A DNA stretch of 63,322 nt, filler included, from Anaerolineae bacterium (GTDB lineage Bacteria; Chloroflexota; Anaerolineae; Epilineales; Epilineaceae), in NCBI GenBank assembly GCA_029262755.1. It is 6 parts of 6 records of this genome, joined end to end, with 100 filler letters (N's around TTAATTAATTAA, not from the genome) between each part and the next. Parts side by side here need not be neighbours in the genome. Positions count along the whole stretch, not along the records: positions 8,964 to 29,929 come from JAJCYU010000178.1; 5 more parts are not named here. One strand, 5' to 3'. Below the pieces are notes generated by a model. It ran no database searches. It saw only the letters and a program-made list of their open reading frames with translations, and had not been told where the DNA came from. This document shows positions 10,582 through 20,650 of this stretch, one piece after another (position 1 is the first letter of the stretch; the number at the start of each line of letters is the position of its first letter). A program made the position numbers and the translations under genes.

Positions 10582-12756
10582 CTACCCGTCCTCGACTACC
10601 CGCCACGTCGCGCTCTCGTTCGCGCCGCTTGCGCCACGCTCGTCCGCACCATCTTTGCCCGCATCACGCTCGCCCACCGTATCCGCCGCAACAACGGAGA
10701 TCACGAAGGTCCCCGGCGGATCGTCAGCCGCCGTGTAGATCGTCGCCCGTGCTCCACCTTCCGCGAACGTTCGAACGGGGAGCAGGCCGACGCGCTCCGT
10801 GGTGCCGGACGGCGTCATACGCAGGACCTCGAACTCGACGTCGGCCTCCGGGGGCAGGCCAAGCGCACGTATGTGGAACGTTGTCCCGGGCGGCCCCTCG
10901 GGCGGCCACACCTCGATGGCACGCCGCTGCAGCGTGAAGCGTGCTGCGTTGGGGCCGATGGCAAGCCCTGAATCCATACCCATCTCGTCTAGGCCGAAGG
11001 GATTCAGATTATCCGTTCGAAACACATACTCCCCCGCTGGATCGTCCGCCCGCGTAGGAATGCGCTCTACCGCGTGACCGCGCGCGTCTGTTCGCAATTC
11101 CAGGCTCGTGAGGTAGCGCGCCGAGTCGAGCGTGGCGAAAAGCCCTCCGTCGCGCATCGGCCCCTCGTCCGCGCGATAGACGTCCACGCGCACCACCGAA
11201 TCGGGCGCACGCTGGGCAACGACGAGCGTCACATCGTCGCCCGCAACCCCCGTGGATGGCACGGTAAAGATCGCGGCATCAGCCTCCGCTACTACCTGGA
11301 ACGCCGACTCGGTCGCATCGCTGCGGACGACCGTGTCTTGCACCTGCATGCGGTATTCGCCGAGCGGGTCGTCCGGCATCGGCCGCCACGTGAACGTGGA
11401 GGTGCCGTCGTCGCGCACCTCTAAGGGCCGCGCCGCGATCTCGCCCGCTTCGTCGGGTCCGAGCACGCGGGCCACCACTTCGCGGCCTGGAGGAAAGCCA
11501 GTAAGGCACAGTTGAACGCTCTGCCCGACCCACACCGTCCCGACCCTGTCTGTACCGGGCTGCGCCGTCAGCCGCACGCTCGGTTCCACTTCCCATCGAC
11601 AATTCCCGACCCTAGCATCGACCACGAGCTGCTCGGCCACGTCCTTGGGCGCAAAGCCCACTGGGGCGAACACGCTAGCCTCTCGGCTCATCGCACCCTC
11701 CCCTGGCGTTGGGCCGCGCAGGGACAAGCCCAGATCGATTTGCGACCACCGAAACGAATCCGAAGTCGACAGCCGCGGATCGCGTTCCCGGGCCAACTCA
11801 TCCATCCCGTCCGTAAGAAAGTAGTAGGTTCCGATCGGGTCATCCGCCGCGGTGTCCAGCTTGAGGAGTGCCTCGCCGCGTGCATCGGCCTGGACGTCCA
11901 CCGTCGTCCGGTAGGCGGCCAGCGTCGAGCCATCCCGTGCTTTGTGATAGACGGGAATCGTCAGCAGTTCCAACGGCGGAACACCGGCAACGCTGAGCTC
12001 AAATTGCATACCGGCCGGCCCCCCGGCGAATGGAGCGAGTATCAGCCGCAGATCCTCGCGCGGTACGACCGCGAACGTGGTCCGTGCCGTAGCGCCCGCC
12101 TGCTGCGCCCGCAACGCGTAGCGCCCCAAGGAAGCCCCAACCCCCGGTTGCCACGCGATCACGCCATCCTCGCCAGGCTCCGGCACGTGAGCGGGCAGTC
12201 CGTTGGGCCGCAACAACTCGAGTTCGATCGGCGCGGCCGCATCGAAACCGCAAGGCAGGAGCGAGATGACATCGAGCACCGCAACGCGTGCAGCGCTGCG
12301 TTCGACACTCGGCCCCGGGTTCCCATCTTTCGGGCACGAGACCAATCGAAAGTCCGTACTGGCCCACCTACCCACATTCTGTCCACTGGGCCCAAGGACC
12401 GCTGCCACCCCCTCCGGCACCGGATCGGCTCGCCCGAGGACTGAGTCTTCGGTGGAGGCATCGGATGCCGCATCGGTCGTTTCTTCGGCCGAGGCTTCCC
12501 TCGTCGCGTCCGGCTTCGCGTCCTTCGACGCGCGCGCGTCGTCACCCGACGGCCCCGGCGATGCGTCGGGACTTTCGGCATCCCCTTGCTTCGCAACCGC
12601 ATCAGCCGTCGCCGTCGCGGCGAGCGCGAAGGCCGCTGGATCCGGCGTTGGAGTTGGCACTGCGACCGGATCCGGCCTTCCGCCGCCACCGCAAGCCGAC
12701 GTTAGGAGAACACCACATAGGATGCTCAAGAGGACGAGCGGCGAAGGCCCTCGCAT
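10582..12756 (-). CDS. Hypothetical lipoprotein with repeated beta-sandwich modules
   Basis: Lipobox LTSA-C after a hydrophobic stretch from ATG 12756; recurring ADDPxGxY/F module ends. Confidence 0.7.
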   Translation of the reverse strand: MRGPSPLVLLSILCGVLLTSACGGGGRPDPVAVPTPTPDPAAFALAATATADAVAKQGDAESPDASPGPSGDDARASKDAKPDATREASAEETTDAASDASTEDSVLGRADPVPEGVAAVLGPSGQNVGRWASTDFRLVSCPKDGNPGPSVERSAARVAVLDVISLLPCGFDAAAPIELELLRPNGLPAHVPEPGEDGVIAWQPGVGASLGRYALRAQQAGATARTTFAVVPREDLRLILAPFAGGPAGMQFELSVAGVPPLELLTIPVYHKARDGSTLAAYRTTVDVQADARGEALLKLDTAADDPIGTYYFLTDGMDELARERDPRLSTSDSFRWSQIDLGLSLRGPTPGEGAMSREASVFAPVGFAPKDVAEQLVVDARVGNCRWEVEPSVRLTAQPGTDRVGTVWVGQSVQLCLTGFPPGREVVARVLGPDEAGEIAARPLEVRDDGTSTFTWRPMPDDPLGEYRMQVQDTVVRSDATESAFQVVAEADAAIFTVPSTGVAGDDVTLVVAQRAPDSVVRVDVYRADEGPMRDGGLFATLDSARYLTSLELRTDARGHAVERIPTRADDPAGEYVFRTDNLNPFGLDEMGMDSGLAIGPNAARFTLQRRAIEVWPPEGPPGTTFHIRALGLPPEADVEFEVLRMTPSGTTERVGLLPVRTFAEGGARATIYTAADDPPGTFVISVVAADTVGERDAGKDGADERGASGANESATWRVVEDG

Positions 12757-12959
12757 GGGCGATGCCCGCGAAACAACGCCGCGATGCCATCGCCACCCAG
12801 CCCAGCACGTGGTTCGCGCGATTCGAGCCGCTTGTCGTCCGTAGTGGTCTTGTCGCATGCTGACGTCCTCAAGGTGGCCGATGAGCGCGTACTGCATGCT
12901 GTAGCTCGCGCTTCACGCCCTACGCCCATCACAACAGCGAATTCAGGAGCTCGCGTCCC

Positions 12960-13493
12960 ATGGAACCCGTCCGCGCCGTCATCCGCTCCCAATTCCATGC
13001 CACGTTGGACATGCTCGATGCAGCCGTCGAGGCCTGTCCCGACGAGCTGTGGGACCGCCGAAGCGATACGAACGTGACCTGGAAGCTAGCCTACCACGCC
13101 CTGTTCTACACCCACTTTTACCTGCAGCCCACCGAGGGTGACTTCACGCCGTGGGAGCGGCAATTGGACCACTACCGGCCCATGGGACGCCAGGGGGCGT
13201 GGGGCCGGTCCGCTATCGCCGCCGCCGCCGCGGAAGCCTCCACGGACAAGCCTCCGCTGTCCAAGGCCGGCATACGCGACTACCTCGCGTTCTGCCGCGG
13301 CGAGGTCGATGCACAGACGGCGACGGTGGATCTCGATGCGCCGTCCGGCTTCTCATGGCTTCCGATGAACAAGCTCGAGCTCCAGTTCTACAGCATGCGC
13401 CATGTCATGCAGCACACGGGCGAGCTGTATGAACGCCTCGAGACCCACTGTCCGAATCTGCCCTGGGTGGGCATGACGAAGCAGGACGCGTAG
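12960..13493 (+). CDS. DinB family protein
   Basis: CPDELW, WKLAYHALFY and MRHVMQHTGEL His motifs. Confidence 0.85.
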   Translation: MEPVRAVIRSQFHATLDMLDAAVEACPDELWDRRSDTNVTWKLAYHALFYTHFYLQPTEGDFTPWERQLDHYRPMGRQGAWGRSAIAAAAAEASTDKPPLSKAGIRDYLAFCRGEVDAQTATVDLDAPSGFSWLPMNKLELQFYSMRHVMQHTGELYERLETHCPNLPWVGMTKQDA

Positions 13494-13561
13494 GACGGCG
13501 CGGGACGATACTCACCGATGAAGCATGCATACACCACTACCGGGAGCTCCGCATACATCCT

Positions 13562-14401
13562 ATGAACGACAGTCCCAAGCCTTTCCCACTTGCCATCGCG
13601 CAAATGCCTATTACGGGCGATGCGCGCCGGAACGGTCACACTATTCGAGCTTTGATGCGCGACGCTGCGGCTCAAGGAGCGCGTTTGATACAGTTTCCTG
13701 AAGGGGCGCTCTCCGGCTATGCCAAGAATCCGATTCAAAGTTGGGAGGAGGTGGACTGGACGGATGTCAAGGACGAGTTGAATTGGATCATGAGGCTGGC
13801 GAAACAGCTCCAACTCTGGGTCGTGCTTGGTTCCGCTCACCCGCTAACGCCACCGAACCGGCCACACAACAGCCTATACATCGTGTCAGATCGGGGTGAG
13901 CTTGTCACACGCTATGACAAGCGTATTTGCTCGTACACCGAGACAACCACGTTCTATTCGCCCGGCACGGAGGCGATCACCTTCGATGTGGACGGCATTC
14001 GATTCGGGTGTCTCATCTGCATTGAGATCAACTTTCCCACCCTCTTCATTGAGTACGGCGAGCTCGGTATAGATTGCTTGCTGCTTTCATCCTACCCTCT
14101 TGATGCATTTTTCTATACGAAGGTCCGAGCCCATGCTGGAATTCACACCTTGTGGATTGGCCTGTCGGTGCCAACAGAGTGCGCGCATCTGATGAACGCC
14201 GGATTGATAGGCCCAGATGGCCAGTCCGTGGCTGAAGTTGACACAGAGATTGGGCTAGTGGTTGCGAGTCTTGATCCGTCCGCAACACAGTTCCAGATTG
14301 CACTTCAGCACGCGCGCCCCTGGAGAGCAAGCGCCCTAGCCGAATTCAACAAGGGTCGATCGATCGTCGACGCGCGATCTGCCGATCGCTCTTGTCTGTA
14401 G
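13562..14401 (+). CDS. Carbon-nitrogen hydrolase (nitrilase superfamily)
   Basis: Glu-Lys-Cys triad contexts FPEGALSGY, RYDKR, LICIEINFP. Confidence 0.9.
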   Translation: MNDSPKPFPLAIAQMPITGDARRNGHTIRALMRDAAAQGARLIQFPEGALSGYAKNPIQSWEEVDWTDVKDELNWIMRLAKQLQLWVVLGSAHPLTPPNRPHNSLYIVSDRGELVTRYDKRICSYTETTTFYSPGTEAITFDVDGIRFGCLICIEINFPTLFIEYGELGIDCLLLSSYPLDAFFYTKVRAHAGIHTLWIGLSVPTECAHLMNAGLIGPDGQSVAEVDTEIGLVVASLDPSATQFQIALQHARPWRASALAEFNKGRSIVDARSADRSCL

Positions 14402-14449
14402 AGCGAGCGTTTCAACCCCATCACCCCGCTTCTGCGCCCGTCCAATCCC

Positions 14450-15871
14450 CTACCGCAAAAGCACTGCATCGCCCGGTTTGCGCGACAGCAGCGATTGGGG
14501 GAGCGTGCGTTGCGCCGCGCCTTCGGCGAGGAAGAGCCACGTGATCGCGCCAGGGCTGACCGTCGCGGAGATGCGCGACACGGTGCCGTCGCGGGCATCG
14601 AGGTTGCCGATGGCATCGAACGAGCGGACGAGGGCGGGTGATATGCGCTCTATCTCGACCCCGGATTCGTCCTCGCCCACGACCACACCCGCGACACCGC
14701 TGTCCCGCAGAACGACGAGCTCGTCGGACCGATCGTCCGATCCCACATCGCCGGGCGCATTCGAATGCACCGTCGCCGCCTGATCGTCGCTTGTCGATGC
14801 CGTTTCAGGCGCTGCGAGCTCGATCGATGCGATGCTCGACTCCACAGCCTCGACCAGGACATCGCCCTCGGGACCCTCTTCAGGCCTACCCTCCGGCGCA
14901 ACGGGCTCCGCCGGCTCAACGGCGGCCGGCGGTTCCGAAGACTCCGCCGGCGGTTCCGGCTCGCCGGGCGGCGTCACGGGCTCGTCCGCCGGCGGCGCGT
15001 CCGGCTCCACGTCGGGGATCGCGTCGGCTTGATCGTCCGAACCCGCGTCCACCGACTCCTGCGACTCCTGCGCGTCCTGTCCATCCACGGCCTCAGCTGC
15101 GCCGTGATCGTCCTGATCCTCCGCGACCGCTTCACCCTCTACAACCGCCTCGGCCGGTGCCACTTCGTTCGATCCGTCCGCAAGCGCCGGTAGTGGCGCC
15201 GTCGTGTCCGAACCGGCGGCGAAATTCAGGGCCCACATCGGACCCCATGGGCCGTTGGGGTTGAAGCCGACGCCGATGTGCGTGAAGTTCTGATGCAGAA
15301 GGTTTTTGCGGTGCGGCGTGCTCGTCTTCCACCAGGCCAGCGCGCGCTCCGGCGTCTTGCGGGCGCAGATGATGTTCTCGCCGGCCCAGTTGTTGTACGG
15401 GTAGCCGTAGCGCGCCATCCGGTTCCGGGCGCTTGAACCATCGCTACCGGTGTGATTGCAGCGGCCCATGGCCGCCATGTCCGCGGCGTGCGCGGTGGCC
15501 GAGGCCGTCAGCCGGCCGTCGAGGGCCAGCGGGTACAAGCCGTTCTCAGCGCGGTAGCGGTTGATGAGATCGTAGAGTTCGAGCGTCATGCGCTCGGCGG
15601 TGGACAAATCCGCTGCGCCCAACCGATCCCGTGACGCCGTCCAAATCGCATCCGAATCCGGCGCGGGTGCGTTGGCGGGTCGCGCTTCGGGTGCGGTACT
15701 GGGTTCGGTACTGGGTGCGAGTTGGGGCGCAAACAGAGGTGAGACACTCGGCGCGGACTGCGGCAAGGCCACGGGCGCGCTCAGCGGCGCGGCTCCGGCG
15801 GACGAGGGCGCGAGTACCGGTGTGAGCGCGCCGGCCAGGCCGAAGGCAACGGCTATGGCAAGCACAGGCAT
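14450..15871 (-). CDS. Secreted CAP (SCP) domain protein with acidic Pro-rich extension
   Basis: INRYRAENGL, AHAADMA, NHTGSDGS, GENII, WKTSTPHRKNLL, HIGVG; signal peptide from ATG 15871. Confidence 0.85.
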   Translation of the reverse strand: MPVLAIAVAFGLAGALTPVLAPSSAGAAPLSAPVALPQSAPSVSPLFAPQLAPSTEPSTAPEARPANAPAPDSDAIWTASRDRLGAADLSTAERMTLELYDLINRYRAENGLYPLALDGRLTASATAHAADMAAMGRCNHTGSDGSSARNRMARYGYPYNNWAGENIICARKTPERALAWWKTSTPHRKNLLHQNFTHIGVGFNPNGPWGPMWALNFAAGSDTTAPLPALADGSNEVAPAEAVVEGEAVAEDQDDHGAAEAVDGQDAQESQESVDAGSDDQADAIPDVEPDAPPADEPVTPPGEPEPPAESSEPPAAVEPAEPVAPEGRPEEGPEGDVLVEAVESSIASIELAAPETASTSDDQAATVHSNAPGDVGSDDRSDELVVLRDSGVAGVVVGEDESGVEIERISPALVRSFDAIGNLDARDGTVSRISATVSPGAITWLFLAEGAAQRTLPQSLLSRKPGDAVLLR

Positions 15872-16416
15872 GCGCGCGAGCCCGCGATAGTCGGGGGCCC
15901 GTCTCGGAGATACGTGGTTCGCCGTCTCTAGGCTGCGAGAGCGCGTACGTATCGGCTTGAAGTGGAGGTCGGGATGGGATCGAAACGGAACATTGCGTTT
16001 GCTACTATACATAATCATGCCTCAACGGTAGCAGGGCACTTCGCTTCCCCCCAAGCGTGGGTCGTTCATCGTCCGGCCGCTCTACGTGACGAGTTGCGGC
16101 CCACGGGACGTCCCAGCCGGCACATGGTGGCTCGAATTGCGCGAGCGCGCCAACGCGCACGATTGCCTTGCCGACATGCCCGCATCGCCCTAGTAGTCCA
16201 ACCAGCTTGGAGATGCGGGAAGTGAGGGAGCCAATGCGCCGCGCCGGTGGTTCGCAGAGAGGAGGGAATAGCATCGCTATTGCCGACGAGCGGCGGGCCG
16301 CCGGCGTGGATGCAGTGGCTCCCGAACCCGCAGATTCAGGCTGGTTGGACTACTATTATTTTGGCTGAATCGTAACTCCAACCTCGCTCTCCGACCGCCC
16401 TCGCAGGAGCAATTCC

Positions 16417-16776
16417 ATGGCGTCCGATAAGGAGTTCGTCGCGTACGCGGCGAGCCAGATGGCCGCAGCCGGCACGATCACGTACCGCTCCATGTTCGGC
16501 GAGTACGGGATCTACTGCGACGGAAAGTTCGTCGCCCAAGTGAGTGACAACCGTCTGTTCATCAAGCCGACGGCGGAAGGTCGCGCCTTTCTCGGCGACG
16601 AGATCGAGGAGGCTTCGCCCTATCCTGGCGCAAAACCATCCATCTTGATCGGCGAACGGATCGAGGACGCCGCGTGGTTGAGCGAACTACTCCAGATCAC
16701 GGAGCGCGCCCTACCCGCACGCAAACCGAAAAAGCCCAAGAAGGCGAAGTCCGCGAAGACTGCGAAGAAGGAATAG
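16417..16776 (+). CDS. TfoX/Sxy N-terminal domain protein with Lys-rich tail
   Basis: ITYRSMFGEYGIYCDGK..DNRLFIKPT..PYPGAKP; RBS AGGAG. Confidence 0.88.
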   Translation: MASDKEFVAYAASQMAAAGTITYRSMFGEYGIYCDGKFVAQVSDNRLFIKPTAEGRAFLGDEIEEASPYPGAKPSILIGERIEDAAWLSELLQITERALPARKPKKPKKAKSAKTAKKE

Positions 16777-17032
16777 AGCAGAGAAGCCTGAATCGCGACG
16801 AGCGGGGCCAGGGTGCAGCGACCTCCCGGTTTCTACCGGTTGAGCCGAGATGAGCCGCCTGCACGTCGGATCCGAGGCCGTTCACGCTATGGTTTGCGCC
16901 CGTTTGTCGCATTCGGGAGCGGATGCGGCACCATGAGGTGTGCGGCTGGAACTCGTGGCGTGCGACCGCGGGTGTAGCGGCTAGGACAGCCGCAAGGCGA
17001 CGGGCGAACGGCGAACGGCGAACGAGGATGTC

Positions 17033-18718
17033 ATGACGAAGCCGACCAACCTACGAAGTCAGCCGGAGCTTCCGGAGCGATGGGAGGAGCGGGTGGCCGA
17101 CGCCGCCCAGATCCTGGCCGCGATCGCAGCCGACCGCGGGCTTCTGGCGTTCGTGGGTCACGCGGACCGCGAGCTCTTGCTGCAGTCCGCCGGACGCGTC
17201 ATGCATCCGGAGCAGGTCGAGCGGCTACGCCTGTCGCGCGTGCGACGGCGCAAGGACGTGCTCGAGAAGCGCCAAGCCGACGAGGATCTCCTCGACAAGA
17301 CGGGGATCCGCCTCGCCCGCTCCAAGCCGGTGTTCGTGACGCCGTACCGGCCCGCGCCGGCCGAGATGCCGCTGGAGCGCGAAGAGGGCGAGGAAGCGCC
17401 CCGCGTCACGAATGCGCGCAACTGCTACGTGTGCAAGACGGACTACGACGAGATCCACGCCTTCTACGACCAGCTCTGCCCTGAGTGCGCCGCATTCAAC
17501 TGGACGAAGCGCTCCCAGACCGCGGATCTCTCGGGCCGCACGGCCCTGATCACCGGTGCGCGCGTCAAGATCGGCTACCAGGCCGCGATCATGCTGCTGC
17601 GCGCCGGCGCACGCGTGATCGTCGTGACCCGCTTCCCGCGCGACGCCGCCCAACGCTACGCCCGCGAGCCCGACTTCGATACGTGGCACGGGCGGCTGAG
17701 CATCTACGGCCTCGATCTACGCCACACGCCGAGCGTGGAGACCTTCACTACCTTCCTGTGTGAGACGGAAGATCGGATGGACTTCATCATCAACAACGCG
17801 TGTCAGACCGTGCGCCGCCCGGCCGGCTTCTACGAGCACCTGATGCTTGCCGAGACCGAGCCGCTCTCCGCGCTGCCCGAGAAAACGCAGGGCCTCGTCG
17901 AGGCCTACGAACGCTTCCGCGCGGGTAGCCTGCGGGACGCGATGCCGGGCCTCACCGACCACCCACCGGCCGAGGGCGCATCTGTGGGCACATCTGTGGA
18001 CCCATCGGATGATGCGGGTACGGGAAACGAAGGACCCGACGGTGCGCCGCGCATGACCGGCACGTCCGCATTGCTCGAGGACCCGCTCGCGACGATCGCG
18101 CATGCCACGGGCATCCTTCACGCGGCCGCGCTCTCGCAGGTGCCGCTGTTGGACGAGGACGAGCGGCGCGACCCCACGCTCTTCCCCGACGGCCGGCTCG
18201 ACGCCGACCTGCAGCAGGTGGACCTGCGCGAAAAGAACAGCTGGCGCCTCGGCCTGTCCGAAGTACCGGCCGTCGAGCTGCTCGAGGTCCACCTCGTCAA
18301 CGCCGTGGCGCCCTTCATCCTCAACGCGCGCCTCAAGCCGTTGATGCTGCGCCACCCGAGCGCCGACAAGCACATCGTCAACGTGTCGGCCGTCGAGGGC
18401 CAGTTCTACCGCGCCTTCAAGACGGACAAGCACCCCCATACCAACATGGCCAAGGCCGCGCTAAACATGATGACCCGCACCTCGGCCCCCGACTACGTGC
18501 GCCACGGCATCCACATGAACTCGGTGGACACAGGCTGGGTGACCGACGAGGACCCCGTGGCACTGGCCGAAGCGAAGCGCGAAGAACACCGCTTCCACCC
18601 CCCGCTCGACATCGTCGACGGCGCTGCCCGCATCATCGACCCCATCGTGGACGGGATCAACACGGGCGAGCACGTGTGGGGTCAGTTCCTGAAGGACTAC
18701 AAGCCGACGGATTGGTAG
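17033..18718 (+). CDS. Extended SDR-family oxidoreductase with N-terminal CxxC..CxxC motif
   Basis: ALITGARVKIG, INNA, VNVSAVEG, NMAKAALNM, NSVDTGW; CYVC..CPEC. Confidence 0.85.
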   Translation: MTKPTNLRSQPELPERWEERVADAAQILAAIAADRGLLAFVGHADRELLLQSAGRVMHPEQVERLRLSRVRRRKDVLEKRQADEDLLDKTGIRLARSKPVFVTPYRPAPAEMPLEREEGEEAPRVTNARNCYVCKTDYDEIHAFYDQLCPECAAFNWTKRSQTADLSGRTALITGARVKIGYQAAIMLLRAGARVIVVTRFPRDAAQRYAREPDFDTWHGRLSIYGLDLRHTPSVETFTTFLCETEDRMDFIINNACQTVRRPAGFYEHLMLAETEPLSALPEKTQGLVEAYERFRAGSLRDAMPGLTDHPPAEGASVGTSVDPSDDAGTGNEGPDGAPRMTGTSALLEDPLATIAHATGILHAAALSQVPLLDEDERRDPTLFPDGRLDADLQQVDLREKNSWRLGLSEVPAVELLEVHLVNAVAPFILNARLKPLMLRHPSADKHIVNVSAVEGQFYRAFKTDKHPHTNMAKAALNMMTRTSAPDYVRHGIHMNSVDTGWVTDEDPVALAEAKREEHRFHPPLDIVDGAARIIDPIVDGINTGEHVWGQFLKDYKPTDW

Positions 18719-18728
18719 GCGTACCGTC

Positions 18729-19028
18729 CTAACTTTGCCGATCTCGATCCGCACGGACGTCCCGGAGCACGGCTTCAGCAAGCGGCACGGTGTGGGCCCC
18801 CCGCCGCTCGCGAATGGACTGCCCAAGGGCGATCGCGCGATCCAGCGCGTCAGTTCCTTCGCCCGAGGCTTGCTGCGTCAGACGCTCATACTGCGCCACC
18901 GACATCACCACCACCTTCGGTCGCCCTCCGCGCTCGACGATGAAGGTTTCGTCTGTTTCCACGTCGCGGCGCATCAACTCACCGAAGCGCGCCGGCGCCT
19001 CTGTCGCCGTCCACATAACGACCATCAT
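18729..19028 (-). CDS. Phd/YefM family antitoxin (orphan)
   Basis: TATEAPARFGELM..FIVERGGRPKVVVMSVAQYERL; RBS GAAGGGAG; no toxin gene follows. Confidence 0.75.
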   Translation of the reverse strand: MMVVMWTATEAPARFGELMRRDVETDETFIVERGGRPKVVVMSVAQYERLTQQASGEGTDALDRAIALGQSIRERRGAHTVPLAEAVLRDVRADRDRQS

Positions 19029-19122
19029 CGCTCTCCCTTCGGATCCGCGTGTCGTCGACACCACGTGTGGCACCGTTCATCAATCGATACGCTACTCGAT
19101 GGATCGAAAGTACACAACGTGC

Positions 19123-19782
19123 CTACGCTCCGCGAACGACCAACCCCAGCGCGAGCGCCCACATGACGACGGCGATCGTCGCATCGAGAACGCGCCACGC
19201 GCCCGGCCGCGCGAAGACCGGCGCCAATCGCTTCGCGCCGAAGGCCAGGCCGAAGAACCACAGCACCGAGCCCGCCATCGCGCCCGCCGCGAATAGCCAT
19301 CGATCAGGCAGTGGCAACCGCCCGCCGACGCCGCCAAGCAGCACCACGGTGTCGAGATACACGTGCGGGTTGAGCAGGCTGAAGCCCAGCGCCATCAGGA
19401 CGGCGTCGCGTAGTCCGGTCGCCGATGCGTTCCCCTCGGCAGGACCACCCGCGCCGCCCACCCCCGCGTCCAACGCCTCGTTCCCACGAACGGCCGACCA
19501 CATCGCGCGGGCACCGTACACGACAAGGAACAACGCTCCGCCTAACGTCACCCAGCGCAGCGCCTCGGGACGCTCGCCGAGAAGCGCGCCCATGCCCGCC
19601 ACGCCGAGGGCAATGAGGCTGACGTCGCTGAGCGTGCTCACCGCCGCGGTAACAAAGACCCGGTCGTGGCGCAGCCCCATGCGCAGCACGTGCGCGTTCT
19701 GCGCGCCGATCGCGACGATGAGCCCGAGGCCGAGGCCGAAGCCTTCGAGGAGGGGGCGGAGGGTTAAGGGTAGGGGCGACAC
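19123..19782 (-). CDS. LysE/ArgO family amino acid exporter
   Basis: GLIVAIGAQNAHVLRMG, LLNPHVYLDTVVLLG, WRVLDATIA. Confidence 0.93.
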   Translation of the reverse strand: MSPLPLTLRPLLEGFGLGLGLIVAIGAQNAHVLRMGLRHDRVFVTAAVSTLSDVSLIALGVAGMGALLGERPEALRWVTLGGALFLVVYGARAMWSAVRGNEALDAGVGGAGGPAEGNASATGLRDAVLMALGFSLLNPHVYLDTVVLLGGVGGRLPLPDRWLFAAGAMAGSVLWFFGLAFGAKRLAPVFARPGAWRVLDATIAVVMWALALGLVVRGA

Positions 19783-20005
19783 GCAGCGCTGCTCCCGCGA
19801 GTTTCTTGGACGCCAAAGAGAGACGCCGATGATGCCACGAGCGGCGCCGAGGCGTCTGCGACCGCGTTGGCGACCGAGTTGACGACCGCGCTACTCGACC
19901 GTCTGTGACACGCCCCAAGCCCACCCACTTTCGGCACCCCACCTCCATAGCGTATCCTGGCGTCTCATGTTTCCACGCCCGTGATTCCCGTTGGAGGCGG
20001 AGCCC

Positions 20006-20629
20006 ATGGCCAAACAACTCGTGTTCCGCCTGGACGACGAAGAGATCGCCCTGGACATGGAGAAGGTCGATCGCAGCAAGCTCTACGGCTACAAGGATCG
20101 GCTCGTGCTCGACGAGGACGGCGAGCCTTGCGAGCTCGTCACGCTCGCGGGCGATGGGCGCACGATGGTCGGCAAGGGCGGCATCGCGATGGCCTATGTC
20201 TCGGCCGACCGTGAGTGGTGCAACAAAGCTGACCTGACGCCGATCGACCTCGACGGCGAGGTAATGCGGCCCGTGCCCTCCACCTTCAACGCGCCCGTCG
20301 TGCTCGATCAGACGGCGGGCATCCAGGACTATCTCGACCACGACATCCGCTCGGTCTACCTGCTCACCAGCGAGGACGAGCTCGGTGCTCTACGCGCGCG
20401 TCTCGAAGCCGGCGCGATCTTCCGCTTCGACTTCTCGTATCGCGGGGGCTTGGAGGCCGACGCGGCCTTCCTGCTGACGGGCAGCGACGGCAACGTATTC
20501 ATGGCCATCGGGCGGCCGGCGACCACGACGTACGTCGGTCTCCAGGAGAGCGCGGGGATGGCCGCCCAAGCGGATTCGGAAGACGATGAAGATGAAGACG
20601 AGGATGACTTCGGCTTCGGTGTGATTTAG
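20006..20629 (+). CDS. Hypothetical protein, putative divergent Ku-like protein A with acidic tail
   Basis: RBS GGAGG/GGAG, coding-like codon usage; the pattern SVYLL..GALRARLEAGAIFRFDFSYRGG..AFLL resembles the Ku core C-terminal half (by eye only). Confidence 0.6.
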   Translation: MAKQLVFRLDDEEIALDMEKVDRSKLYGYKDRLVLDEDGEPCELVTLAGDGRTMVGKGGIAMAYVSADREWCNKADLTPIDLDGEVMRPVPSTFNAPVVLDQTAGIQDYLDHDIRSVYLLTSEDELGALRARLEAGAIFRFDFSYRGGLEADAAFLLTGSDGNVFMAIGRPATTTYVGLQESAGMAAQADSEDDEDEDEDDFGFGVI

Positions 20630-20650
20630 AACGCGGGGAGAACGGCGACG

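Noticed and set aside
16320..16345. c-di-AMP riboswitch-like CCCGAACCCG near the CAP gene
   Set aside because: Only a short match, on the wrong strand for the CAP gene, and the other conserved elements are missing.
17003..17023. GGCGAAC x3 just before the SDR RBS
   Set aside because: Short repeat with no evidence of function or phase variation.
19880..20005. LexA/SOS box upstream of the ligase operon
   Set aside because: No GAAC-N4-GTTC-like site found by eye.
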